A stretch of 64,000 bases of DNA from the NCBI RefSeq assembly GCF_000002075.1, contig NW_004797686.1:461450-525449 (forward strand), written 5' to 3'. Shown here piece by piece: positions 25,401 through 36,600 of this stretch; position 1 is the stretch's first letter, and every line of letters starts with the position of its first letter. The notes under the pieces were generated by a model, which saw nothing but the letters and a program-made list of their open reading frames with translations, was not told the origin of the DNA and did no database searches. The DNA is from Aplysia californica (lineage: Eukaryota). The position numbers and the translations under genes are program-made.

Positions 25401-28400
25401 CTCGATTTTGCAGGGACCGGCCTCGATAGTTCAAGGGATCGAAGGGTATCTTACAAAGATAAAAAAGACGAAAAATCGGGACAGCAGGCACAATTCGACG
25501 GATGGGTGTTTTTGAGTCTTCTGTGTTTGACTTATCCGTGTTATACTTTATACAGCCCCATGACAGCCACTGGTTGGGTCAAAGAATCCAGTTTTGTAAA
25601 TTGATCTAAAACATGTTGATCGACATGTAAAGCATTTACATGAATAAAACAATAAAATGAACTCGTACAAAATATTCTTTTAAAATTCCAATTAGTCTAT
25701 AACATTTTTTTTTCATGACCTTTTCATGACCAGACGATGGCTGAACCTACTGAAAGTTGAAGACAAATTCCCCTGCTGGGATAAATTTTTTTAAGCTGTT
25801 CATAGATATTTTGAATCTACCAATCAGCCGTTTGTGAAGATTGGGAATAAAACAGTGCCTTAATTCGATTCAATTCTATCTAGAGGCCCTATTGATAGAC
25901 AACAGGAGCGAGCAGAAATTGAAGGGACAGTCAAGTACAGTGGAGAGAATAGAGTAGGAGAGCAATGTTAGAACAGATAAAATGAATGCCAGAACTGAGA
26001 ATATTTTAGAAGTAGAGCCTTGTTTTTAAATATCAAACCACCGCTCTGTTTACCAGAGAGTCAGCCCAAAGGAAGTGGCCTCACAGTACTTGGCGGACCA
26101 AGAAAAAGAAAACATGCCCTGAAGAAACCCACATCGATCTCAACATAAGAAAAAATGTAGACTACAGAAAATGTTAACAAGAAAGATGTTGTTTGCAATT
26201 AGTGCAAGAAAAGAGACTAGAAAAAAAAACTCCGTTGGTGAAACCCAATAGGGTGTGAGAAATGTGATAGGTGTTGTCACCAGTTGTGTTGTGCATTCAC
26301 ATGATGGAGACTTTTAATGTTGTGTGTGTATAGGTTCTGTATGGAGGACCTAATTTGATCCAATATTGAGTAGAAGCAGATTCAAAGACTTCAATTTGAA
26401 TACCCTGAGAAGCTTTATGTATGGTAATTTAAAAATCATTTTGTTCCTGAGTGCATTCACATTCAAATTATAAATAGAACAACACCAGTATATCAAGATC
26501 TTTTGTTTACTAAGAACACATTGAAGATTATCTATGAGCAGTTAGAACGTTATGAATCTCCTGATAGCTATAAAAATGCATGGTGCTACGATTGGCAGAT
26601 TGATGCTAAATTGGTCATCATAAAGATGTTTTCTTTTATTTCTTAAAGTATGTTTTATTACAAAGTTTTTCTTAAACTTGAACATTAATAAATCAATTAC
26701 ATATGTACATTGATTTAACTACACTTAAACTAGTAAAGCAACATATGGATATTTACTAGAAATATGTTTCATGTCTTTTTTATTTTTATGGATTGCTCTC
26801 TGGATAGGAGTATTTACTGTAGATTAGCTGTAGGCTCTGGCTGTTTTGGATCGATCTATGGTGACCAAACCATTTCATTCCTTTGTTTTGTCTGTGAGAG
26901 TGAGAGATGCAGGATTCTGTCCTGTTTACTAATTTGTCTGCTTACATTCCTCGTACCCCTGTCTCTTCTTGTGACGCTAATGGTTTTCGTTAAACATCCC
27001 ATCTTGCATATCTTGACCCACGAAAACGATATTTGTTTATTGATCGCATTCTATTTCTTTCTTGCATCTGCCTCTGGTTTGAAGACGGCATTGCACCCCG
27101 TTTAAAAAAAAATCAGAAACATACAAATAAAAACAAACCAACACCATTTCTTTGTCTTTAAGATAAAAAGGCCGTTTCCCGCACGGTGCAGGCCCACAGA
27201 CTGTACATTATTTATCCCCCTGGCAGGCCAATACATTCTAAAAATACATGTGACTTCTCAACTCTTTGGGGAGCATACAATACCACTGCCAGTTAGGCGC
27301 TGAACCCTAGCATTCTGACAATACCTTTCACTGCATATATATGTATAGCCATGTACTCATTTCACACCTGAGTCGAGTGAGGCAAGCAGGGTAGTGCCTA
27401 ACCTAGGACAATATTAATTCTATAATTTATAGTAACACACAATGATAGTAGGCTCTCCAAAGGCCATAGAGGTAAGGAATTAATACGTTGTAGATCTACT
27501 GAACAATGGGCTAATTACCGACCGTTTAGTGCGCGCTGAGATATTTTTAGGTACAGCGACACTGTGGACACGAAATAGGCCCTACCGAGTTGCACGGTCT
27601 TGTTATTGTATCCAAGCGTCTTTTGACTTACTTGCTAAAACTCATTTTATTATTAAATACGACTATGAGAGATGAACTAGACTACTTTTGTGCAAACAAT
27701 GTCAGAAACAACTGTTAGATCTAGATAGCTGCCCAATATAATTGATCAGAATATAAGACAACATCATAAAAATGGAATCAAATCCTAGGAGGTGTAGTTA
27801 AAACTGAGAAAGCTTTTACAATTCATGCAGTGGAGTGATAAAAGTAGATTATTAAAAACAATGGCTACTAGTACTGGCGTTTCAAACAGCACGGGGCTAA
27901 TCATAACATGGCGTTTTGATTAGCACAGGAGCTATTCAGAATGCAGCGTTTCAAATTACGCCGGCCTAAAGTTAAAATATCAAACGATCAGGATCCAATT
28001 CTTTTCCTACATGCCTTCTTTTCACTGATCAAACTGTGGAGATTTATTTTTGATCTTAGTAGATTTAGTGAAGCAAGAACAACTGTGTCATGACGTGGTG
28101 AAATCAGGCGCTCGTCAATTTTTGTGCATGATGACATGATGTGGGGTTATTGGCATCATCTTAACTCTCTCTCCTTCTCTCACACAACAAACACACTCTC
28201 TCTGTCTCTCTCTCCAGGTGCGATTGTCTATCTATCCGTCTGTCTGTCTATCTATTCATCTATCTATCTCTACCTCTATATATATCTCTCTCTCTTTCTT
28301 TCTCTCTATCTGTCAGTCTCTCTTTCTCTCACATATTATTCTTCTTTAACTCCCGCTTGCTTGACTCTGTCAGGGCCAACCCTGGCTGAGAGTGGTAAAG

Positions 28401-29879
28401 CATCTCAGCGGAAAGAACGAATAATACTTGATAAAAATTCTTGCTTACTCTGGAATCGAACACAGGTGTTGTACGTGAGACAGCGAAGTGCCTAACAGCT
28501 ACACCACAGACACAGGTTGTTTGTTGTACGAAATATGTGTGTATGAGTGTATATATATATATATATATATATTTGTGTGAGTGCGTATATGTGTGTACGG
28601 GTTTAGTTACGTGTTTAAACTCTCTGAATATTGCAAAACCAAGATTTTTTTTTAATCGTTGATTTGCTTTTAAACACGCTTAAGATTCTATGATTACAAG
28701 TATTATTGTGTTCCTATTTCCCATTCACCACAACAGGAAAGCAAGAGAGAAAATTAATAAGAAATAAAAAAAAGAAATTAGATGTCTCTCCCTCGTATTA
28801 TTCTGATCCTTCTTTCACGGTACCCTCTTTTTATTCAGATCAGTGGAAGAATTTGCAGTCAGATGATCGAGTGCACCCACTCCTTTCTTGCTTTTTTCTG
28901 TCGAGTCTCCTCATCGACCAGAACAAATAATGCCAATCATTTCCTATCCATGGGCAACTGAAACTGATAGGAAAATATAATGCCACACAACGTTGCAATA
29001 AAATTGCAACGCCCGCTCCGCTCTGCTTGCAGTGTGGCCACCTAATGTTAACACCTAAAACAGCTCCGCTCTGCTGTGCCCACTCTGCTTGCAGAGTGGC
29101 CAGGCTTTAGGTCATGTATGAGCACATGGGACACACCAAACATTATCAGTTGGTAGGAGATTTGGAATTTTCCAGGGTGGCAAGTTACGTAGACAATTAT
29201 CATAAATAGAAAATAATGAAAGGTAAACTTACTAGATCTAGATCTAGGCTTCGTCATTGTATCTCAAAATCTGCGCTGAAAAATAATTCATTGGTAATAA
29301 ACCGGCGGCGCGGCGTGGCAGAATAGCTTCCGATCTATTGACCGGCGTGGCACCGGAGAATAGCCACTTGCTTTTTTTTTAAGCAAAAGAGTTCTGTTGT
29401 CACTGGGAATAGTAGTTTCTGTACCTATCCCCAGTGCAGTGTCACTGGGAATAGTCATTTCGTTCTATTATTGTGTTTGTTGGGGTGATCGCTGATTATG
29501 GAAGTCCCTAGATCTAAATCTAGAATCTAGATCTAGATTAGATCTAGATTAGATCTAATTCCCAGAAAATAACCAACAAGAACAGATCTTGATATTTATC
29601 TAGAATCTTGATCTACTAATGCTTTCATAGAATAGAAATGTTGGAAAATCTAAATCTAGATCTAGATCTAGATCTAGATCTAGATCTATGTCTGAGACTA
29701 AGCCGATAGTATGGGCCGGGGTACACACTTCCGTGTTGATGGAATCGGTCACAGAAGAAGAACAGTTATCACAAAACTCAAACATTCAGTCGTGATCTTG
29801 ACTCTTACAGGAACTTACCTGGACGAAACAGAAAAGAAGCTACGAATGCCGCAGCACAAAATTGCAAGGAAAATTTCAT
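22288..29879 (-). CDS. GPI-anchored Ly6/uPAR (three-finger) protein, boudin-like, 3 exons, 140 aa
   Basis: Exons 29879-29819, 23822-23670, 22496-22288 (423 nt; two phase-1 GT-AG introns). Signal peptide MKFSLQFCAAAFVASFLFRPGAA. The mature domain LYCYQC...GCN has 10 Cys and is followed by a hydrophobic GPI signal. The motifs RFCSSKDLG and YRACVYSCSSDGCNA resemble Drosophila Boudin (recalled from memory, not searched). Confidence 0.9.
23122..23345. repeat. 71-bp tandem repeat, 3 copies plus partial (Ly6 gene intron 2)
   Basis: Unit starts at 23122, 23193, 23264 and 23335; near-identical copies. Confidence 0.95.
23670..23822 (-). CDS. Ly6/boudin-like exon 2
   Basis: GAALYCYQCDSTLDSNCQEKW...YCAKVTGMWG; ttttcag acceptor, GTAAG donor. 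Confidence 0.92.
25384..25548. mobile_element. Small Tc1/mariner-type MITE
   Basis: TA|CAGTATAACACGGATA ... TATCCGTGTTATACTT|TA. Confidence 0.72.
27255..27411 (-). mobile_element. Nin/Deu-domain-like SINE fragment
   Basis: TCAACTCTTTGGGGAGCATACA and GTACTCATTTCACACCTGAGTCGAGTGAGGCAA...CCTAGGACA, similar to the reverse complement of the Deu/Nin central domain. Confidence 0.55.
28345..28513 (-). mobile_element. tRNA-derived SINE copy
   Basis: Similar to 12428-12588. Confidence 0.65.
29507..29688. repeat. (TCTAGA)n palindromic microsatellite tracts
   Basis: AGATCT/TCTAGA arrays at 29507-29557 and 29655-29688. Confidence 0.85.
29819..29879 (-). CDS. Ly6/boudin-like exon 1 (signal peptide)
   Basis: ATG at 29879; hydrophobic MKFSLQFCAAAFVASFLFRP; donor CAG|GTAAGT on the minus strand; phase 1 fits exon 2. 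Confidence 0.8.
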
Positions 29880-30526
29880 ATCTGATCTTTGTGTCAAATG
29901 TCGATAGCCCAAATGTCTCCAACCCAACAAACTTTGAAAGCTTCGCAGGTAAGTTAATAAGTAGGCTAAAGTAAGGGCCTACAACTCGCGTGTGTGTGTG
30001 TACGGTGTAACACAAAATCAAAACACCTAGCATTTGCACCTGCGAGAACAGCGCCGCCTATAATATTGTCAAGGGAGACAAAACGAGCAAAGATAAAATG
30101 CTGATGGATGTTGACTGCAGAGTGATGTCCCTTGCCACCGAATTTCAGTTGCCGAGAAGACGCAGAAACTTTTATTTTTTTTTATATTGAGCATTTGTGT
30201 TTTCTTTGTGTTGATCTGAAATAGTCAGATAATCTCAATAAATTACTTTTTTATATGAGATACTAGACACAAACAGGCTGCTTTTAGGCCATGTTTGCAT
30301 TTTTTCTGAACTTTAGAGAAGACTTTTTTTCTGTAGGCCTACGAGTGAGATGACAGCCTGGCAAAATCTGGGATCTGTGCTTGTAAACAACTTAAAGTTT
30401 TGCTTTCTGTCTCACACGTGGGGCAAGGGAGTATGCTACATTGTGCCGGTCAATTAAAGTATTACCTTTTCCGTTTGCCTTGTATGTTGTGTATTTTTCT
30501 ATATTCAACAAGTCTTGTGTGTACTC
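29880..30526. promoter_or_regulatory. Divergent (bidirectional) promoter / 5' UTR region of the Ly6 gene and BMS1
   Basis: 647 bp lie between the head-to-head ATGs; E-box CACGTG at 30415-30420. Confidence 0.7.
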
Positions 30527-30690
30527 ATGGAATCTGATATAAACAAAGGCCACAGGGCTCGCCATTCTGGACCCAAGGCAGAAAAGAAGAAGGCGAAGAA
30601 GGACCACAAGCAAGAGCTCAATGCAAAGCAAAGGAATCCAAGGGCTTTTGCCATCCAGTCTGTAAATAAAGCTGCAAAAGCTTTTCAGAG
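30527..30690 (+). CDS. BMS1: BMS1 coding exon 1
   Basis: [22 protein letters not shown]...[20 protein letters not shown]; donor GTGAGG at 30691. Confidence 0.92.
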
Positions 30691-33600
30691 GTGAGGCTCA
30701 TAGAAATACTCGTTTTATGAAATTAGCGATTGTATCATCGGCCTAATTACTTCTAGATTAGATTTAGATTCTAGAGTCAGAGTCTAGACTTTTGTTTGGT
30801 TTGTTGGGTGGAGAGGGCGAGCCTTTTTTTTTGGCTATTCTCTCCCTGTGTGCCTTCACCGTGAATACATACCAGTGTAAACAGACGTTCCAGTGCTCTT
30901 GTGTTGAAATGAAAACGTCCAATTTGTATGCAGGAAGGGAGAGAGAGAGTGGGGGGGGGGGGGGCANNNNNNNNNNNNNNNNNNNNNNNNNNNNNNNNNN
31001 NNNNNNNNNNNNNNNNNNNNNNNNNNNNNNNNNNNNNNNNNNNNNNNNNNNNNNNNNNNNNNNNNNGGGGGGGGGGGGGGGGGCACTTTTTCGGTAGTTC
31101 CCACCCCATTTGCCAGCATGACATCACTTCCGACTTCCTGTGACTCGTGACTCCGGCTTCCTGTCCTGCCTCACTCGTGACTCGCCTCAGGCTGGGTAGA
31201 GACCAGGATCTAGGCCTGGGCAGAAACCGAATAAATTATTCGAATAACCGAATATGAGCCCAAAACTAGGTCTCCGGTTCATTTTCCCCCAAAACTAGGT
31301 ACCTGTTTCTAAACTAGGTACCTAGATCTAGTTTCTGATTCGTTTTTTCGCTAGTAATTCGCTTTGAGAAGTTGAAGAGTGACGTGCCCTTGGCGTTGCA
31401 CGGAGGATGTGGGACGGAGAAAAAAGGAAGGGGTTGGCGGGGAGAGGGGGGACTTCAAAGGGGCCGAAAGACTTGTCGTTCTGAGCCGCGATCTCTGACT
31501 ACGTCACACGCAACTCTACACGCAACAGAGTTGCGGAGTGACTATCATAACTGATATTAACCCCTTGTAACTCAGTAGCCTGCAATAACTTCAATTTATC
31601 TTGTCTAACAAAAGTTTCTTTATTACCAACTTAAGCCCCCCCCCCCTCTTTCCAATCACACACACACAAACAGACACACCTCCCCCCCCCCCCTAAAAAA
31701 AGCACTTCATCAAAGCCATTTTAACATTCCATTGTTTTTTTGTTTTTTCATTGTTCAATGTTATTGTTGACCTGAGAACCGCGTTTGTCAAAAAGCCTTT
31801 GTCGTCAAGTTTTAAGTATGTTTGGAAATGAAATTAATATAATATGGCAAAGAAACAGCTCCCAAACTTCGTGTTTCACATTCAAATTTTTAGTAGGCCA
31901 AACAAAAGTTTCCGATAAAGTCGGAGGTAAAGGTAAAAATCATTAGAACAAATGAATAATTCCTACTTTGACCAACAGATGTGTGAAAGGCAGTTTTGTT
32001 AGTCAGAAACTCATGTTTTATCTGTGGTGAGAAGGAGAAGTATGCCAAAACGGTTATGACGTCAAAAGGAATAAGAAGCGAGTTCAATTTTATTCGTTTT
32101 CAAACCGAGTCAGCTGATGAATCGTTTTCAAACCGAGTCAGCTAATGAATCGTTTTCAAACCAAGTCAGCTAATGAATCGCTTTGAAACCGAGTCAGCTA
32201 ATGAATCGGTTTCAAACCGAGTCAGCTAATGAGTCGTTTTGGAATGGAGTTAGTTCACTCGGTGCTGAGGGGGACGACGTATCATGACTACCCTTTGACA
32301 GTCCGCAATTACACGATGTACAACGAACAGCAGTGCCAAATTCAGTTTTATGCTCAAGTGAATATTTTCCAGAAGTGATTTGTTCCCCTCTTGATCTTAA
32401 TAGATCACGTTTGCCACTTCTAGACTACAGCAAAATGACTGCAAGAACTAGATTCTATTTCCTGGAATCAGATGTTATATTAAATAGCATTGATAGTAGA
32501 TCTAGTTTTCTTTGGAAAGGAGTTTATCAGTTGGTTGGACCAGAAACATGATACCACCGCATATTAAAACAAAGAAAGAAAATCCGTTTTAAAAAGGAGG
32601 TTGCTAAATTGATAATAGAGTAAGGTCAGTCAGTGAACACGTGGGGGGAAATTCAACAATAACCAGCCCCCACCCCCGCGCGCAAAACAATTAATTTAAC
32701 CGGTTATTCGGATTTTTAGAGAACCAGGTACCTAGTTATTCGGTTTTTTGAAAAACGAATAATGCCCAGGCTTACCGGGATCACTTCTGGCAAAATGGCG
32801 TTAAATTGTGCAGGAGCCGAGTTTTTATTTTATGATGAATTTGAGGCCGGCCTGAAAAGTTATAGCGCTTCTAATAAATGTTTATTTGTCAAGAGGTCAT
32901 CAGAAGCAAATAAAGATGGCTCGTTAGCGTGTGTCGGGGTCCGATGGGCGGCCTGCACACGTGTGTGCATGTCGGGGAGGGGGGGCACTATCGGTCTGGG
33001 TGTTGAACGTCGCATACGCGTCAGTCCCCCCCCGCAACTGATCATTAGTACAATAATAAGGCTAGTCTTGACGTAGATCTACGTATGAATTGTGCGCTGG
33101 TCTATGGAATCAAAAGTTGCCGTATGCTCAGTTCTACACAGCAACACAACTTTTTCTTGGTAAACAATCAAGATGACACAGGCTTGTGTATTTGAACGAA
33201 TCAGTCTTTTTTTTTTTTTACACAGCTCATAATATGCAGGTGCCAGGTGGTCTGCTAATCTTCAATTTTACCTTTTTCTACAACAAAGAAAGTGGGAAAC
33301 ATGGGGGGTGGGGGGGGGGTATCAATGAGGCGGCGGGCATTGGATCGGCAGAAAAGGTGTGGGGGAAACTAAAAAATGGCGGAAAATTGGAAGCACTGAA
33401 CGATAGATCTATAGAACGAATACACTTCCTTTTTTTCTGGACCCGGGTCTGAATAACATTTTTCCATATTCGGACTCGAGTCCGAATAATGACGGCCTAT
33501 ATTTTATCTATGGTAATTGTCTAACAACTTTATTTATTTATTTCCATCGTCCATTTGCTTATTCAAAATAATGATTCTGTTTTTTTAAACGAACAAAATT

Positions 33601-36600
33601 GATTTTGTGTCTAAAATCCTGTCTAGTCATATAGTATAGCTTGCTGTTTAACATATTTCTTGTTGTTGTAATTTTAGATCAATCTAACTGATATGATATG
33701 TTGCGACTTCAGGTGTTTTCTTGTCGTATCTCCATTTTTGTAAACAGTGAAAATGTGACTCCTTCTTATGCTCACTCTTTGTTATGAACTTGCGTCAATA
33801 GTTGTGAACATGTTTCTCCTTGCGCCCAACATAATTCTAAATTGGAGGAATTGGGGCAGTTTGTGTCTGAAAACCTATCGTCTGTATCAATGGAAGTGGT
33901 AAAGTTGTGGGAATTTTTTTCCAAGACAAACAGATGAGAGATCTGCGCCGACAAATTATTAGTAATAGACAGGCGATGCGATGCCGGAGAATAGCTTCTG
34001 ATCTATTGACCGGCGCGACGCCGGAGAATAGCCACTTACTTAATGTTTTGCAGTTGTTAGGTTTGATATCTTAGCTTGCCGCGAATCAAACGTATAGATC
34101 TAGATGTGGGTCAGGCTCAAATAAGGGGGGTGGGAACTGCCGAAAAAGCACCGAGAGGGGGGGGGGGAGAAAAAAATAGAGATCTCTAGATCTATGGGGA
34201 GAGAGAGGAGTTCCCTAGATCATTAGTCTACTTCCGTGCAAAACAATATCATTCAATATGGTGACCGGTGTAAATCTAGATCTTGTTCAGCTCGATTCGA
34301 AAAGTGAAATTTTATAGCTGGGGCATCTTTGTAGAGGACCAAAATTAGTTTACTTTTGTTCTATAACATCATTTTTCTCTTTGTTTTTGTCAATTTGATC
34401 ATCCACACCAATAGACAGTATTCTGAAATTAGGAAAAACAGTTCTTGTTTCACACTGGATGGGAATAGCCAACGATGGCAGCCCCAATCACACCAAACAA
34501 TAACACCTGTCTTAGACGACCACCTTTGTGACTATTACGTTTTGGCCCCTGGCATTGTGGGCTAGCCGTAATAATCCAATCACCTGTCGTTGTTGTTAGG
34601 TAGTCCCTCCAACCGATCATGTTGCGTTGGCCCCTCCCACTGTTGACCTTTTGGTAACAAATTTTCAGCTGCTGGTGAGGTAAGCCTGTGGTCCCTCAGA
34701 ACCCATAACCCCCGCCAAGAACTCATACACAAATCGTAAGTGAGATGAGTGGTCACTGTTTACCCAGTCTGTAACAAAGTAACAATAGACGTCAACATGA
34801 ACTTGTGACAGAAGCGTCACTTGTGCTCCGATTGGTGGCGGCCCATATAGTTGTTTTACCAATGCACTCAGTCCTCCTTATCGGACACATTTCGTTTTAT
34901 TGTCACCCTTGCACCAAAGCAACAATAAAAAAAACCCCCCAAAAAACAACAATAACTATAACAACAACAACAACAATAGGGCTACCTTCGGTTGGAACCT
35001 CAGAAAGAAATGGTTTGTTTTCTTCATCTTGATCAGTCCTGCCTTAGATGGCCACTTTTCTCCTTGACAATGAGTGGCCATCTGACACAGGTTCGACTGT
35101 ACTGAAAAAGGATAAATAAGGACCTCAGACACTGACTTTTTTTCAGTCTTAATGCCCTTTCCCCTTACCTTAGAGTATTTACACAAACTTTAACAGGGGT
35201 CGGATGAATGTAGAAAAGATAAGTGGAGGGTTATTAGCCTTTATTTATGTATTTAAGTAGTAAATTGGAGAAGTTTCACAATTTATACCGGGTATTTTAA
35301 AGTATCCGTATTGTAAATGTAAATGATATTGGGAAGTCATTTTTAGACCACTTACATTCATTTAATTTAAATTATTAAGAAAAGTAAGCTACTTACTTCA
35401 AAACTTCATTTACTGTTATGTAAAGGGCTAAGCGCATAGAGCATTGCATAAGTGGATATGCGCTATATAAATGCAATCCATTTATTTATTATGAAGCCCA
35501 AAACCACCGTAGTCCATTCCTGTCTTGACTTTAGTAAAAATGACTTTTTCTTCTTCATTATGCCTCTGTCAAAAAAGTTACAGTTCAGTCATCAAAAATA
35601 ATCGGACGTGGATTATTATTGTCAGTTGTGGCTAGAAATCGACGCTAGTGCATTGTATGAATTTATAGCACTGCAAGAATGGAAATGGCCCAGTTTGTGC
35701 TTTTCTTCCTGTTAGTATTGAACTTTTGTTGGGTGGCAATATTTTATAAATGTCTGTCAGTGTTTTACTAATGTGAGGATGGTAAGTTGGGTTTTTAGTT
35801 ACTGTTTCTACCACTACACATGTAGTTATTAGACCCCTCCCCCACCATGCTTGTGAAATAAAATTACAAATCTGTGAAACTGGTACCATTGTTATTGTAC
35901 ATTTTAAGCTCCTTATTTGTCAATTTCAGTACACAGGCTATCAAGCTGTAATTAAATCATGAACTGCTTTTAAAAGTAAAACCCTATGTGTGTTTCTGTT
36001 ATTTTTCTTTTCATCATAATACTTTAAGTAAAATGTGCCCTTTCCTGTGCATATGGCCTCTATTCTCAATCTGGCTTGGCACACCTGGCAACATAATGAT
36101 AAGTCATTAGTCTTTGCCTGGACAGAATGTTAAATGATTGATGTCTTGTTTGTAGGACTGCTGATATCAAGACCAAGAAGCAACACATCCCGAAAGTTGA
36201 CAGAACACCCACAGAGCCACCGCCTATAGTGGTTGCTATCATTGGTCCTCCGAAAGTCGGAAAGTCTACTCTGTTGAAATGCCTCATAAAGAATTACACA
36301 AAGCAAAAGCTGACAGATATTCAAGGTCCAGTCACAGTGGTAGCCGGTAAGTTGTACTTTCTTATCAGTGATGAATTTATGCTAGAAAAATATTACCCTG
36401 TTAATTTAAAAGAAGTAGGGTCTGCACATAGACCATTAAATAATACTTTAAAAATCTGCTCAGCCTATACGGTGTGAATTAGAGTGTTTCTGCGGGTTAC
36501 TTCCTTTCATAATGCATCTTTTTAAAAAAAATATCTTTAATGTCTTTTATAGTCAAAGTCACTTGTCTCATTTTTATTTGTCTTGTTGGAAATACTTTTG

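Larger units (their letters stand above)
31083..34151 (+). mobile_element. Decayed Mutator-like element hosting a nested hAT element
   Basis: 21/22-bp inverted repeat CTTTTTCGGTAGTTCCCACCCC / GGGGTGGGAACTGCCGAAAAAG. The internal ATG at 32795 begins [36 protein letters not shown], resembling the N-terminal DNA-binding region of MULE/ZSWIM3-type proteins. Confidence 0.55.

Noticed and set aside
32095-32245. 28-bp array as a CRISPR array or tandem minimal hammerhead ribozymes (CTGATGA, GAAAC-CGA-GTC)
   Set aside because: There are no spacers and the context is eukaryotic. CTGATGA and GAAAC never occur in the same unit, and stems I and II cannot pair.
36030-36127. H/ACA-like double hairpin ending in ACA at the end of BMS1 intron 1
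   Set aside because: No H box between the hairpins, and it is only ~30 nt from the acceptor, overlapping the branch-point zone.
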